Positions 25,647 to 34,390 of a stretch of DNA of 34,904 nt are shown piece by piece. A model generated the notes under the pieces. The model worked only from the letters and a program-made list of their open reading frames with translations, was not told the DNA's origin and made no database searches. The first letter of the stretch is position 1. Each line of letters begins with the position of its first letter. Both the position numbers and the translations under genes were made by a program. The DNA comes from a virus (taxonomy: Duplodnaviria > Caudoviricetes), in IMG/VR virus record IMGVR_UViG_3300030430_000437, positions 1 to 34,904 of that record; one strand, written 5' to 3'.

Positions 25647-26060
25647 ATGAAAACAACTAAACGTATTAAAGATTTATCTCTAGCAATGGCTAAAGAGGAT
25701 ATTGAAAACAGCACTTTTTGGACTGATAAAGATAAAGATCAACTTACAAATTGGAACGCCGAAACACTAACAAAGATAAAAAACGCTTTATTAAATGGTA
25801 GATTTTATGCTAGTGTTCAAAGTGTTTCAAGAAGTGGAATGAGTCGCAAAATAAAACTCGGCTACATTTATAAAAACAGATTGCACATCATAAGAGATAA
25901 ATTTATTTTGTCTTTAGCTGGTTGCAACGCAAAAGGCTCAATTAGTGGTTGTGGGATGGATATGTTATTCCATGCCCAATATACATTATTCCAAAACTTA
26001 CATAATAATTATGAAGAAGCAAACTACTCGAAAAGAATGAAACAATACAATAATTTTTAA
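25647..26060 (+). CDS. Conserved hypothetical phage protein
   Basis: 137 aa with SVSRSGMSRKI and ISGCGMDM motifs; conserved leader. Confidence 0.8.
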   Translation: MKTTKRIKDLSLAMAKEDIENSTFWTDKDKDQLTNWNAETLTKIKNALLNGRFYASVQSVSRSGMSRKIKLGYIYKNRLHIIRDKFILSLAGCNAKGSISGCGMDMLFHAQYTLFQNLHNNYEEANYSKRMKQYNNF

Positions 26061-26084
26061 TAACTAAACTAAACTAAACTAAAC

Positions 26085-26252
26085 ATGAATATTTACAGAA
26101 ACAATCAAGGTTTTATAATCATTGAGGACATATTGGGAGGAGAATATAAAAGCAAGAGTTATTTATATTACACCAAGCAACAAGCAATAAAAAATTTTAA
26201 GGAACACTATAAAAAATATTATCATAAAAACGGACGCAAAAAACTAATTTAA
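26085..26252 (+). CDS. 55-aa basic early protein, not in the ORF track
   Basis: MNIYRNNQGFIIIEDILGGEYKSKSYLYYTKQQAIKNFKEHYKKYYHKNGRKKLI; leader (AACTA)x4. Confidence 0.7.
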   Translation: MNIYRNNQGFIIIEDILGGEYKSKSYLYYTKQQAIKNFKEHYKKYYHKNGRKKLI

Positions 26253-26274
26253 ATAATTAATACATATAATAAAT

Positions 26275-26303
26275 AAAAGGAGTTTAAACGCTCCTTTTTT
26301 TTT
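26275..26303 (+). terminator. Intrinsic terminator of early unit 2
   Basis: AAAAGGAG-N8-CTCC followed by T9. Confidence 0.85.
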
Positions 26304-26833
26304 GTCTAGTAGTCAACTATTAATTAATATTTTTAACACATTAAACGGTTTAAAAAGTATCTTATTTAGTTTGATATCTAGTTTAGTTTGTTTTATATTA
26401 TTGTGTTTATATGGTGGCTTACTCTTTTTCTTACACTTTACCAGATTTTCACACACATTTTTAAAAAAAAGACTAAAAAAAAACAAAAAGAATATTTTTT
26501 TTTGTGTCATTGTGTCATATTTTTTGATTGTCAAAAACAATTCCGTCAAAATGCAATGCCCTAGCTTATAACCCCACACACATACACACACCAGATCCAA
26601 GTTCAATTTTATAAAGTCTATATTTTGGTATTAAATGTGTTCATTGCGATATGAGCAATACACATTCTATAAGAAGTTGGAAGGTACAATAATTATTTGA
26701 TATTTAAAAGTAATATTGTGAAGTTTAAGTTTCTGTAAGGGAATTGATTGTGTGATTCATTTATTTTTATTTATATTGTAGCTAGAAATAAATTGTATAA
26801 TTATATTAACTTCAATTTTATAAAAAATATTAC

Positions 26834-27301
26834 ATGGCAAATTTAACAGTAACAGTTTCAGAAAGTGTAACCTTGAATGGTTCAGTAAGGGGTAACACCA
26901 ATGAGTTAACAATAACAGGTATAGAACAGGTTTTAGAACGTATAGTAACAATACCTGCAAGTGCAGACACAACGGTACTATTAACAAAAGCAACAGTAGC
27001 TAGTTCAGACGGTGCAATAGATATACAAGACACTAAATATATAAGAATAACTAATTTAGATTCTACCAATAGTGTGACCTTATCTTTACAAATAGATGCA
27101 GGTGAAAGTGATACTGCAGCAGATGAAAGTTGTTCATTACTTTTAGAAGCAGGTAAAACTTTTATGATGGGAACACCACATGATTCTATTGGTGTAAATG
27201 ATTCTTCAGCAACTATAACATCAGCACACGATTTAGAAAGTATAGTGGTAGATAGTGGTGGAAATACAGTTCAACTAGAAGTATTTGCAGCAGGTTCTTA
27301 A
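26834..27301 (+). CDS. Putative virion structural protein
   Basis: 155 aa, beta-rich and S/T-rich, KYIRITNLD motif; first gene after the non-coding gap. Confidence 0.6.
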   Translation: MANLTVTVSESVTLNGSVRGNTNELTITGIEQVLERIVTIPASADTTVLLTKATVASSDGAIDIQDTKYIRITNLDSTNSVTLSLQIDAGESDTAADESCSLLLEAGKTFMMGTPHDSIGVNDSSATITSAHDLESIVVDSGGNTVQLEVFAAGS

Positions 27302-27315
27302 TAAAAATATACGAT

Positions 27316-28359
27316 ATGCCTTGTTATAAATGTGAAAATGGAAAGTATAAGTTTGGGTTGAGTGGTGCTTGTACCTACGATACCAAAGCACAATGCGAAG
27401 CAGCAAACAAAGATTACTATGCAGAGCAGACTTATGATGACTATCCACAATCTGCAAGTAACAATGCAAAACGTGCAATAAAATATAAAGAAGAAAACGG
27501 CAGTTCTTGTGGAACGCAAGTAGGATGGACAAGAGCAAGACAGTTAGCAAATAGAGAAGCACTAACAAGAAGCACGATAGCAAGGATGGCTAGTTTTAAA
27601 AGGCATCAGCAACACAAAGACGTACCTTATGACGAAGGTTGTGGAGGCATAATGTGGGATGCTTGGGGAGGGAGCAGTGGAGTAGAGTGGGCAATAAGAA
27701 AATTAGAACAAATAGATAAAGAAAGAAAAGCGATGGTAGATGAAGAAAAAGAAACAGATGTTATCTTCAACCAAGAGAAGGTAGAAATCAGTGAGAGAAT
27801 AAAGAAGGCACTAAAGAACAAAATGGAAAAACACAATGAGGATGTCAAAGACTTGAAGAAAGATTGGAATCCAAAAGTAACAATGGCAAAACTTGAGAAG
27901 TGTTTTAGAAGAGGAGTAGGTGCATACTATACAAATCCAGAATCAGTAAGAGAAGGAGTAACAGGGCCTGATCAGTGGGCGTTAGCTCGTTGTAATTCTT
28001 TCCTTTATGCATTGAGGAATGGAAGGTATAGAAGTGGTAAGCATGATACCGATTTATTACCAGAAGGACATCCAATGAGAAACACAAAAAAAGAAGTACA
28101 AAAAAATATGGACAAAGAAAAAAAATATTACAGCGACCCTAGTCACGATTTACACATAGATATATCAGATATGCAGATGGCAAAACTTCATGGAGAAGGA
28201 ATGCTTGAGATGATGCATGAAGAAAATGGTGAGGAATATTCTATAAAATTAACTTACAACATGAAAGAGAAAGAAGTTGAGATTAAAGAAGAAGAAGTAA
28301 AGGAAGATATGAATTATGTATTTGACAGACTACTTAACAAACTTAAAAATGACATTTAA
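27316..28359 (+). CDS. Multidomain conserved phage protein of unknown function
   Basis: Domains YDDYP..A..NAKRA...GTQVGWTRARQLA...WDAWGG..G..WA and RRGVGAY..NP.SVR...QWALARCNSFL...HDTDLLP.GHP. Confidence 0.75.
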   Translation: MPCYKCENGKYKFGLSGACTYDTKAQCEAANKDYYAEQTYDDYPQSASNNAKRAIKYKEENGSSCGTQVGWTRARQLANREALTRSTIARMASFKRHQQHKDVPYDEGCGGIMWDAWGGSSGVEWAIRKLEQIDKERKAMVDEEKETDVIFNQEKVEISERIKKALKNKMEKHNEDVKDLKKDWNPKVTMAKLEKCFRRGVGAYYTNPESVREGVTGPDQWALARCNSFLYALRNGRYRSGKHDTDLLPEGHPMRNTKKEVQKNMDKEKKYYSDPSHDLHIDISDMQMAKLHGEGMLEMMHEENGEEYSIKLTYNMKEKEVEIKEEEVKEDMNYVFDRLLNKLKNDI

Positions 28360-28684
28360 AAAAGGAGATGTAAGACCAGTATTAGCTGGTAGGAAAAGCA
28401 AAATAAAAACACCACTAGCAACTGAGATGTCAAGAAAGACAATAGCTCATGCACTAGAAGGTCATAGTTTTAAAATTAAGATGGCACTAGATAGAATCTT
28501 TGAAGAAGATGCAAAGCTATACATAGATGCAATATCAAAACTTATGAATTATGCTGTACCTAAATTATCATCTACCGAAATAAAAGACAACACATCTAAA
28601 AAGATAGAAGTAAAATTAGGTAAAGACGCAACTGTTGATGATATAAGAAAACAGTTAGAAGATATAAAAGATTTAGATGAGTAA
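28349..28684 (+). CDS. terS: Terminase small subunit
   Basis: MTFKKG...GR N-terminus, YAVPKLSS motif; overlaps the terL start. Confidence 0.7.
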   Translation: MTFKKGDVRPVLAGRKSKIKTPLATEMSRKTIAHALEGHSFKIKMALDRIFEEDAKLYIDAISKLMNYAVPKLSSTEIKDNTSKKIEVKLGKDATVDDIRKQLEDIKDLDE

Positions 28685-30107
28685 TAAAGAGTTGCATTTC
28701 GCATTAGAAAAGAAACTATGCGAGATGTCTTTTTACGATTTTTTTAAGAAGGCGTGGCATATTGTAGAACCCTCTATTCCCTTATCTACGAATTGGCATC
28801 ATCAATATCTTTGTGATACTTTGCAAAAAGAGTGCGAGAGAATCATAGAAGGTAAGAATAAAACCAAAGATATTATTGTCAATGTTCCTTTTAGAAGCAC
28901 CAAGTCTCTCCTAGTCACAGTGATGTTTCCTGTGTGGTGCTGGATAAAAGACCCACGCCTACGATTTATCACTGCTTCTTACTCAGCGTCACTATCAATA
29001 GAACACGCAACAAGGAGCAGAGATATAATCTTTAGTGAATGGTTTAAAGAAAGATGGGGAGAAGTATTCGTGATCAAGAAAGATCAAAACCTCAAAGAAA
29101 GATATGAGAACACACATTTGGGTGTAAGAAGAGCTACATCAGTTGGTGGAACTGTTACTGGACAGGGAGGTGATTTCTTAATAGTGGATGATCCAGTATC
29201 ACCTCAAAACGCAGCAAGTAACACAGAGAGAGAAAATGCTAACGAGTGGTATCGAACTACATTTTACTCTCGATTGAATAATCCAAAGACAGGGGTAAGA
29301 ATAATTATCATGCAAAGAATACATGAGAATGATTTGAGTGGCTTCTTGCTTGACAGAGAAACAAGACTTAATTACAATCACATCTGCATACCAGCAACAG
29401 AGGATGGTAATGTCAAACCAAAGAAACTAATTCAATTTTATGAAGATGGATATTTTTGGAAAGAAAGATTTGGTAAAGAAGTTTTAGATGATTACAAAAC
29501 TGCTTTGGGTACTTATGGTTATGCAGGTCAGCTTATGCAAACACCAACACCAATAGATAGTGGTATGATAAAATCAAGTTGGTTTAAAATATCAAAACAC
29601 AAAGTAGAAGATGCAACAATAAATTTTGTGATAGACCCAGCATATACTGCAAATCAAAAGAATGACCCCTCAGCATTACTAGCATATATATACAAAAACA
29701 ATGTTTGGCAAATCGTAGATTGTATCAATGTACATAAAGAGTTCCCAGAACTTGTCAGATATATACCACAGTGGGTACAGAAGAATGGCTACACACCACA
29801 GTCAAGAATATTTGTAGAACCTAAAGCATCAGGTAAATCAATAGTGCAAACACTAATTAGAGAAACAGGTTTGAATATAAGAGAAGATAAGCCACCAACA
29901 AAAGATAAAGTAGCAAGAGTACAAGATATATCTGCTACACTTGAGTCAGGTAGAGTGAGTTTACTTGCTGGAAGTTGGAATGAAACATTTTTAGATCAAT
30001 TATCCAAGTTTCCCTCAGCAAAGCATGATGATATGGTAGATTGTTTAGTTATGGCAATCAACAGAGAAATATGGTCAAATAAGGGGTCAGTAGTATATTT
30101 TTCTTAA
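28677..30107 (+). CDS. terL: Terminase large subunit
   Basis: VNVPFRSTKS (Walker A variant), LIVDDP (Walker B), IMQRIHENDL, IDPAYT, VEPKASG and FPSAKHDDMVD nuclease motifs. Confidence 0.95.
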   Translation: MSNKELHFALEKKLCEMSFYDFFKKAWHIVEPSIPLSTNWHHQYLCDTLQKECERIIEGKNKTKDIIVNVPFRSTKSLLVTVMFPVWCWIKDPRLRFITASYSASLSIEHATRSRDIIFSEWFKERWGEVFVIKKDQNLKERYENTHLGVRRATSVGGTVTGQGGDFLIVDDPVSPQNAASNTERENANEWYRTTFYSRLNNPKTGVRIIIMQRIHENDLSGFLLDRETRLNYNHICIPATEDGNVKPKKLIQFYEDGYFWKERFGKEVLDDYKTALGTYGYAGQLMQTPTPIDSGMIKSSWFKISKHKVEDATINFVIDPAYTANQKNDPSALLAYIYKNNVWQIVDCINVHKEFPELVRYIPQWVQKNGYTPQSRIFVEPKASGKSIVQTLIRETGLNIREDKPPTKDKVARVQDISATLESGRVSLLAGSWNETFLDQLSKFPSAKHDDMVDCLVMAINREIWSNKGSVVYFS

Positions 30108-30213
30108 AATTACTTGCATTTGTTAGCTTTTTTTTGTATCACTTACAGATATTAGGAATTTTAGCGATATTTTTTTTATATTATTGCATAATATTAAATT
30201 TTTAAGAAATATT

Positions 30214-30618
30214 ATGAATATCAAAGATATTTATGCAGTAAATAAAAAGCACAAGGTATTACTTAATAAATACATAGTATATGTAAAAAAAGTAGCGTAT
30301 TTTGCTACTGAGGATAGTAAACTAGGTAAATTTAAGGAGTATCACGATATTTTAGAAACAATAATAGCATATTCTAATAATTTCTATGAATCAATAAAAA
30401 GTAACGAACAATTAAAAGCAGAGTTTGCATATATTATACCAAATCTGGTTTTATACATGACTATTGGTTTTATGACAGGATTAAAGAACAAATCTAATGA
30501 ATATGATTTGATTATGTTAATTGATAGACTAACAAGAAAGACAGAAGCACTAACTGCTGAGATTACCGATATACTACATGAAGATTTAAAAATTTTAGAT
30601 ATAGAAGAAATAATATAA
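30214..30618 (+). CDS. Hypothetical protein
   Basis: Helical ORF; ATG 30214 preferred over TTG 30184. Confidence 0.65.
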   Translation: MNIKDIYAVNKKHKVLLNKYIVYVKKVAYFATEDSKLGKFKEYHDILETIIAYSNNFYESIKSNEQLKAEFAYIIPNLVLYMTIGFMTGLKNKSNEYDLIMLIDRLTRKTEALTAEITDILHEDLKILDIEEII

Positions 30619-30627
30619 TAAACAAAA

Positions 30628-31338
30628 ATGGTAGAAATACAAATACAAGACAAAAAATATGAAATACCAACTGAGTGGAAAGACATAACACTTGAGTGGT
30701 GGTGTGGATTATATACAATAATACAAAAACACACAAATGTAAAACTAGATGAAAAGAAAAATGATGTGACATATGACAAACAAAATGAAGTGGATGTCCT
30801 TAGGATGAACAGAGATGTTTTTAAATATTTAACAGGTGTCAATGACAATATGTTACAGAACTTAGATTTAGACAGTGTTAACAAAGCAGTAGCCACTGTT
30901 TCAGACTTGTTGGAAGAGTATAAACCAACTGGCATACAAAGTTTTAAGTTTGAAGGAGAAACATATTTTTTTCCAAAAGAATTTTTAAAACGCAACACTT
31001 TTGGAGATTATATTGAAGCTACTCAGCTTGATGCAACAATAGAAATTATGAAACATGGTAAGTTTGATATATTACCAGAACAGATGGCTATACTGTGCAG
31101 AACGCTAACTGAAAAATATGATGATGATGTTATTGGAGAGAAAACAGATAAATTTAAAAAATTAACAATGGACATCGTTTGGGAGTTCAGTTTTTTTTTG
31201 ACTATGCAAAGCGTCAGATTAACAAAAACTTTCCAAACGTATTTGGTGGGGGATCAAAAGGAGGTATCAGAACCAGTAAAGGAAGAATCTCTACAGAAGG
31301 ACTCTATAAAAAGTACATCAGACCTTATGGTTGGTTAA
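30628..31338 (+). CDS. Tail assembly chaperone (gpG-like, zero frame)
   Basis: EIPTEWKDITL...TFGDYIE...MAILCR motifs ending in FSFFL at a T9 run. Confidence 0.7.
   Translation: MVEIQIQDKKYEIPTEWKDITLEWWCGLYTIIQKHTNVKLDEKKNDVTYDKQNEVDVLRMNRDVFKYLTGVNDNMLQNLDLDSVNKAVATVSDLLEEYKPTGIQSFKFEGETYFFPKEFLKRNTFGDYIEATQLDATIEIMKHGKFDILPEQMAILCRTLTEKYDDDVIGEKTDKFKKLTMDIVWEFSFFLTMQSVRLTKTFQTYLVGDQKEVSEPVKEESLQKDSIKSTSDLMVG
31191..31199 (+). promoter_or_regulatory. -1 ribosomal frameshift slippery site (T TTT TTT)
   Basis: T9 run correctly phased in the 30628 frame; the -1 frame stays open to 31517. Confidence 0.75.
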
Positions 31339-31517
31339 ATAGTTTATATATGGTAGCAGAGAAAGGTATTTTTAAAGAAGAAGGATATAATGAAATAGAT
31401 AGCGTAAAAAGAGCTAATCTATACAAAGTATTAACGTATTTGAGTTGGAATACTGCAAAGAATGATTATGAGATAGCAGTAAATGATAAAATCAACAACC
31501 CAAATAAAGTAATGTAA
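31197..31517 (+). CDS. -1 frameshift extension of the tail chaperone (gpT-like)
   Basis: FDYAKRQINKNFPNVF...YGWLNSLY...LTYLSW; no good start of its own; ends 4 nt before the next gene. Confidence 0.7.
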   Translation, partial: FDYAKRQINKNFPNVFGGGSKGGIRTSKGRISTEGLYKKYIRPYGWLNSLYMVAEKGIFKEEGYNEIDSVKRANLYKVLTYLSWNTAKNDYEIAVNDKINNPNKVM

Positions 31518-31521
31518 CATA

Positions 31522-32694
31522 ATGGCAATAACAAGATTAAAAGACATAGTAACAGTATTTCAGGATAAATGGACATATGGTGATAGTAGATTTGGCTATG
31601 AAAGTGAAATCAATGAAACTCATAATACTGTTTATCCAGCAATGATTATACAACCACCTGAATCTATAATGCCTGATATATATAATGGTAGAGAAGAGTT
31701 TGAGTTTGAAGTAAACTTTTATAATCTTTATCAACAAGCAGCACAGTCTGCTGTCACTCTGCAACATAGATGGGATAACCTACAAGACTTAGCTACAGAG
31801 TGGATGGATTTAGTTTTAAAAAATTTTCAAGATGCAACAGTACAGGTTTATCTAAACGATGAAAGCATAGAGTTTGAAAGAGTCAAAGAGGTGGCAAATG
31901 ATAGATTAGTGCAGATTAAATTATTGTTTACAATGTCTGCATTTACAAAATGCTTTAGACCAGTAAGTAATTATCCATCTGACTTTAGTGATTTAGTAGT
32001 TTGGCTAAGAGCAGATAGTGGTGTAACATTTGATATTGCAACACAACAAGTAAGTGCTTGGGCAGATTATTCTGGCAACTCTAATAGTGTAGCTCAAGCT
32101 ACAAGTGCTAGTCAACCACTGAGAATAGGATATGATGGTGCTAATGACAAAGCAAGAATTAATTTTAATGGTACTTCACACATATTAACATCTAACAACA
32201 ATGCACCAATAACAGCCAATGATTATACAATACTTAGTGTTTTTAAATATACTGATTTAAGCAACATAAGTCAAAGGGTTTTTTCTATAAGAGAAACTAC
32301 AGATAGAGTTTTATTTGGTTTGGATAGCACTGGTAGAATATTTTTTAAGAGTATAGACGATGAAGGTAATCAAGGTCAAGTCTTGTCTGATGCATCTGAA
32401 CTAATGAGTGATTTTAATATTGCTATGGCTCAATGTAAAAAAGTAACAGGAGGTAGTGACTTAACAGTACAATTTAACAATAACGCTAGTGTAACAACTA
32501 ATGTAGCAAACTTTAATAACAATGACACTGGGTTTGATGACGCTGTCTTTGTAATAGGTGGTGCTTCTAATTTGACTTCCACTACATATCTAAAAGGTGA
32601 TTTGTGTGAATTAATAGTATTCAACAGAGCTTTGAACACTACGGAATTAGCAACAGTAAAAGATTATTTAAATAACAAATACAGAATATACTAA
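31522..32694 (+). CDS. Tail terminator-like N-domain fused to a LamG-like domain
   Basis: N-terminal ~150 aa with YPAMII; C-terminal LVVWLRADSGV...VSAWADYSGN...GDLCELIVFNRAL...YLNNKY. Confidence 0.6.
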   Translation: MAITRLKDIVTVFQDKWTYGDSRFGYESEINETHNTVYPAMIIQPPESIMPDIYNGREEFEFEVNFYNLYQQAAQSAVTLQHRWDNLQDLATEWMDLVLKNFQDATVQVYLNDESIEFERVKEVANDRLVQIKLLFTMSAFTKCFRPVSNYPSDFSDLVVWLRADSGVTFDIATQQVSAWADYSGNSNSVAQATSASQPLRIGYDGANDKARINFNGTSHILTSNNNAPITANDYTILSVFKYTDLSNISQRVFSIRETTDRVLFGLDSTGRIFFKSIDDEGNQGQVLSDASELMSDFNIAMAQCKKVTGGSDLTVQFNNNASVTTNVANFNNNDTGFDDAVFVIGGASNLTSTTYLKGDLCELIVFNRALNTTELATVKDYLNNKYRIY

Positions 32695-32695
32695 G

Positions 32696-34390
32696 ATGGG
32701 TACAATAATAAAAGCAGGGACTGCACTAACATTAAGAATAGAACCTAGAGTAACAAGCACAGATTATCCTGACAGTGACGAGAATCATTTAGTAAGTGCT
32801 AATTTACCCATACCAATACAGGTGACATGGTCAGGTACAGGAGTTACAGGCACATATCAACCACAGGCAGAGGGTGATGTAGTTAATGTAATTTTAGAAG
32901 TGTTTATGGGTAATAAGTTTGGTGTCAATCAAGGTCTTAGTGCAAATTATGATATGCTTAAGATAGCAGAAGTAAGTAAGTCAAGAGATTTGCCTTTTGT
33001 TTTTCAAGACACAGGTAAGTTTGCAAATCAAACAGCAGATAGACAATTTTTTAGTTTTGATATACAATCTATATGTGCTGACTTATTGTCTTACACACTT
33101 GCACCAATAAAACAAGGCACAATACAATCTTTTGGTGGTGGATATGGTGGTTACAATGGAGATGTATCTTCTTATCTGCAAGGTAACGCACAGCCATACA
33201 TGAACTCATTAGGAGCATTTAGATTTATAGATTTTAGAGTTAAAGCAGAAGTGTTTGATGCAAATGGTGATTTGACTGTAGCTACAGTAAGTGCTGGTAG
33301 TTCCACCATTGATTATATAGATGGTTTAACATTTTGTATTATTAATGCTGTACCACAATGGACTGACATACATAGATTAAATAAATACTCTATAAGTGGT
33401 GCTGCATCAAGCACAACTCAAAAGTTTTTATCTTACTGTCCAAACGCAGTCGGTTCAGGAACACCATCATACAGAAAACCTGTGAGATTATCACATCAAG
33501 CAGAATGGTTGCATTTTTTTATTTTAGAAGGTTTTGCAACAGGAGGTAGTAATGCAACTACAAACATTAGAATTAAAATAACAACAAGTGATAGTAATAC
33601 AGCAAATCTAACTGATTTTAAAAATTTAATAACAGATGAAGATGGTACTAGCATCGTAACAACAGGTACAAGTGCAACTTACAAAGCGTATTGTATTCAG
33701 AACGTATCTGTAACACATATAAATAGTGTAACTCCAAATACTATAACAGATAGCACTGTGTGGTACAAAGCACAGTTAGAAATAGATACATCTTCAGCAG
33801 GTTCATACGAAATCACAGAAGAAAGACATTTTGTTATAGATAGGCAACCAGCAAAACCTGCATATGATTTTGTGCGTTTTCATTGGCTAAATAGACTTGG
33901 TGGTATAGATAGCTATACTTGCACAAGAGATGTAGCAGAAAGTATTAGTGTTTCTAAAAATACATATGAGCAAAGAACTAATCAAAGAATGTTCATAGAA
34001 GAAGATATTACTCCTCCAAACTATGGTAACGGTTTAACGACAAACACAAACAGAGTAGATACGAATTTTTCAAATACTTATCAAGAGAGTGTAAGAGTAT
34101 TAAATGTAGATGCCACTAAGAATGATTCTGTTTATACAGAGCCAATGAACAAGATAGAAGCAGATTGGTTAAGTGAACTAATCACATCACCATCTGTTTG
34201 GATAGAATTAGAAAATGATGCCAGTACAAGAGCAAATTCTATTAGTAATAGTATGCACCCATCGACAAAAGATTACTTTCCAGTAATCATCACAAATAGT
34301 TCTGTTGAAACTGTCAATCAAGAGCAAGGGCTTGTAAAATTTAACATTGAATACACACATTCTCATAAGATAAATACACAGAGAAACTAA
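32696..34390 (+). CDS. Tail/baseplate structural protein
   Basis: C-terminal FHWLNRLGGIDSYT...WLSELITSPSVW...FPVIITN typical of Bacteroidota-phage distal tail proteins. Confidence 0.7.
   Translation: MGTIIKAGTALTLRIEPRVTSTDYPDSDENHLVSANLPIPIQVTWSGTGVTGTYQPQAEGDVVNVILEVFMGNKFGVNQGLSANYDMLKIAEVSKSRDLPFVFQDTGKFANQTADRQFFSFDIQSICADLLSYTLAPIKQGTIQSFGGGYGGYNGDVSSYLQGNAQPYMNSLGAFRFIDFRVKAEVFDANGDLTVATVSAGSSTIDYIDGLTFCIINAVPQWTDIHRLNKYSISGAASSTTQKFLSYCPNAVGSGTPSYRKPVRLSHQAEWLHFFILEGFATGGSNATTNIRIKITTSDSNTANLTDFKNLITDEDGTSIVTTGTSATYKAYCIQNVSVTHINSVTPNTITDSTVWYKAQLEIDTSSAGSYEITEERHFVIDRQPAKPAYDFVRFHWLNRLGGIDSYTCTRDVAESISVSKNTYEQRTNQRMFIEEDITPPNYGNGLTTNTNRVDTNFSNTYQESVRVLNVDATKNDSVYTEPMNKIEADWLSELITSPSVWIELENDASTRANSISNSMHPSTKDYFPVIITNSSVETVNQEQGLVKFNIEYTHSHKINTQRN

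Noticed and set aside
26302-26606. ORFs 26302-26571 (+) and 26313-26606 (-)
   Set aside because: They are low-complexity translations of A/T runs, with TTG starts and no leader; one starts inside a terminator.
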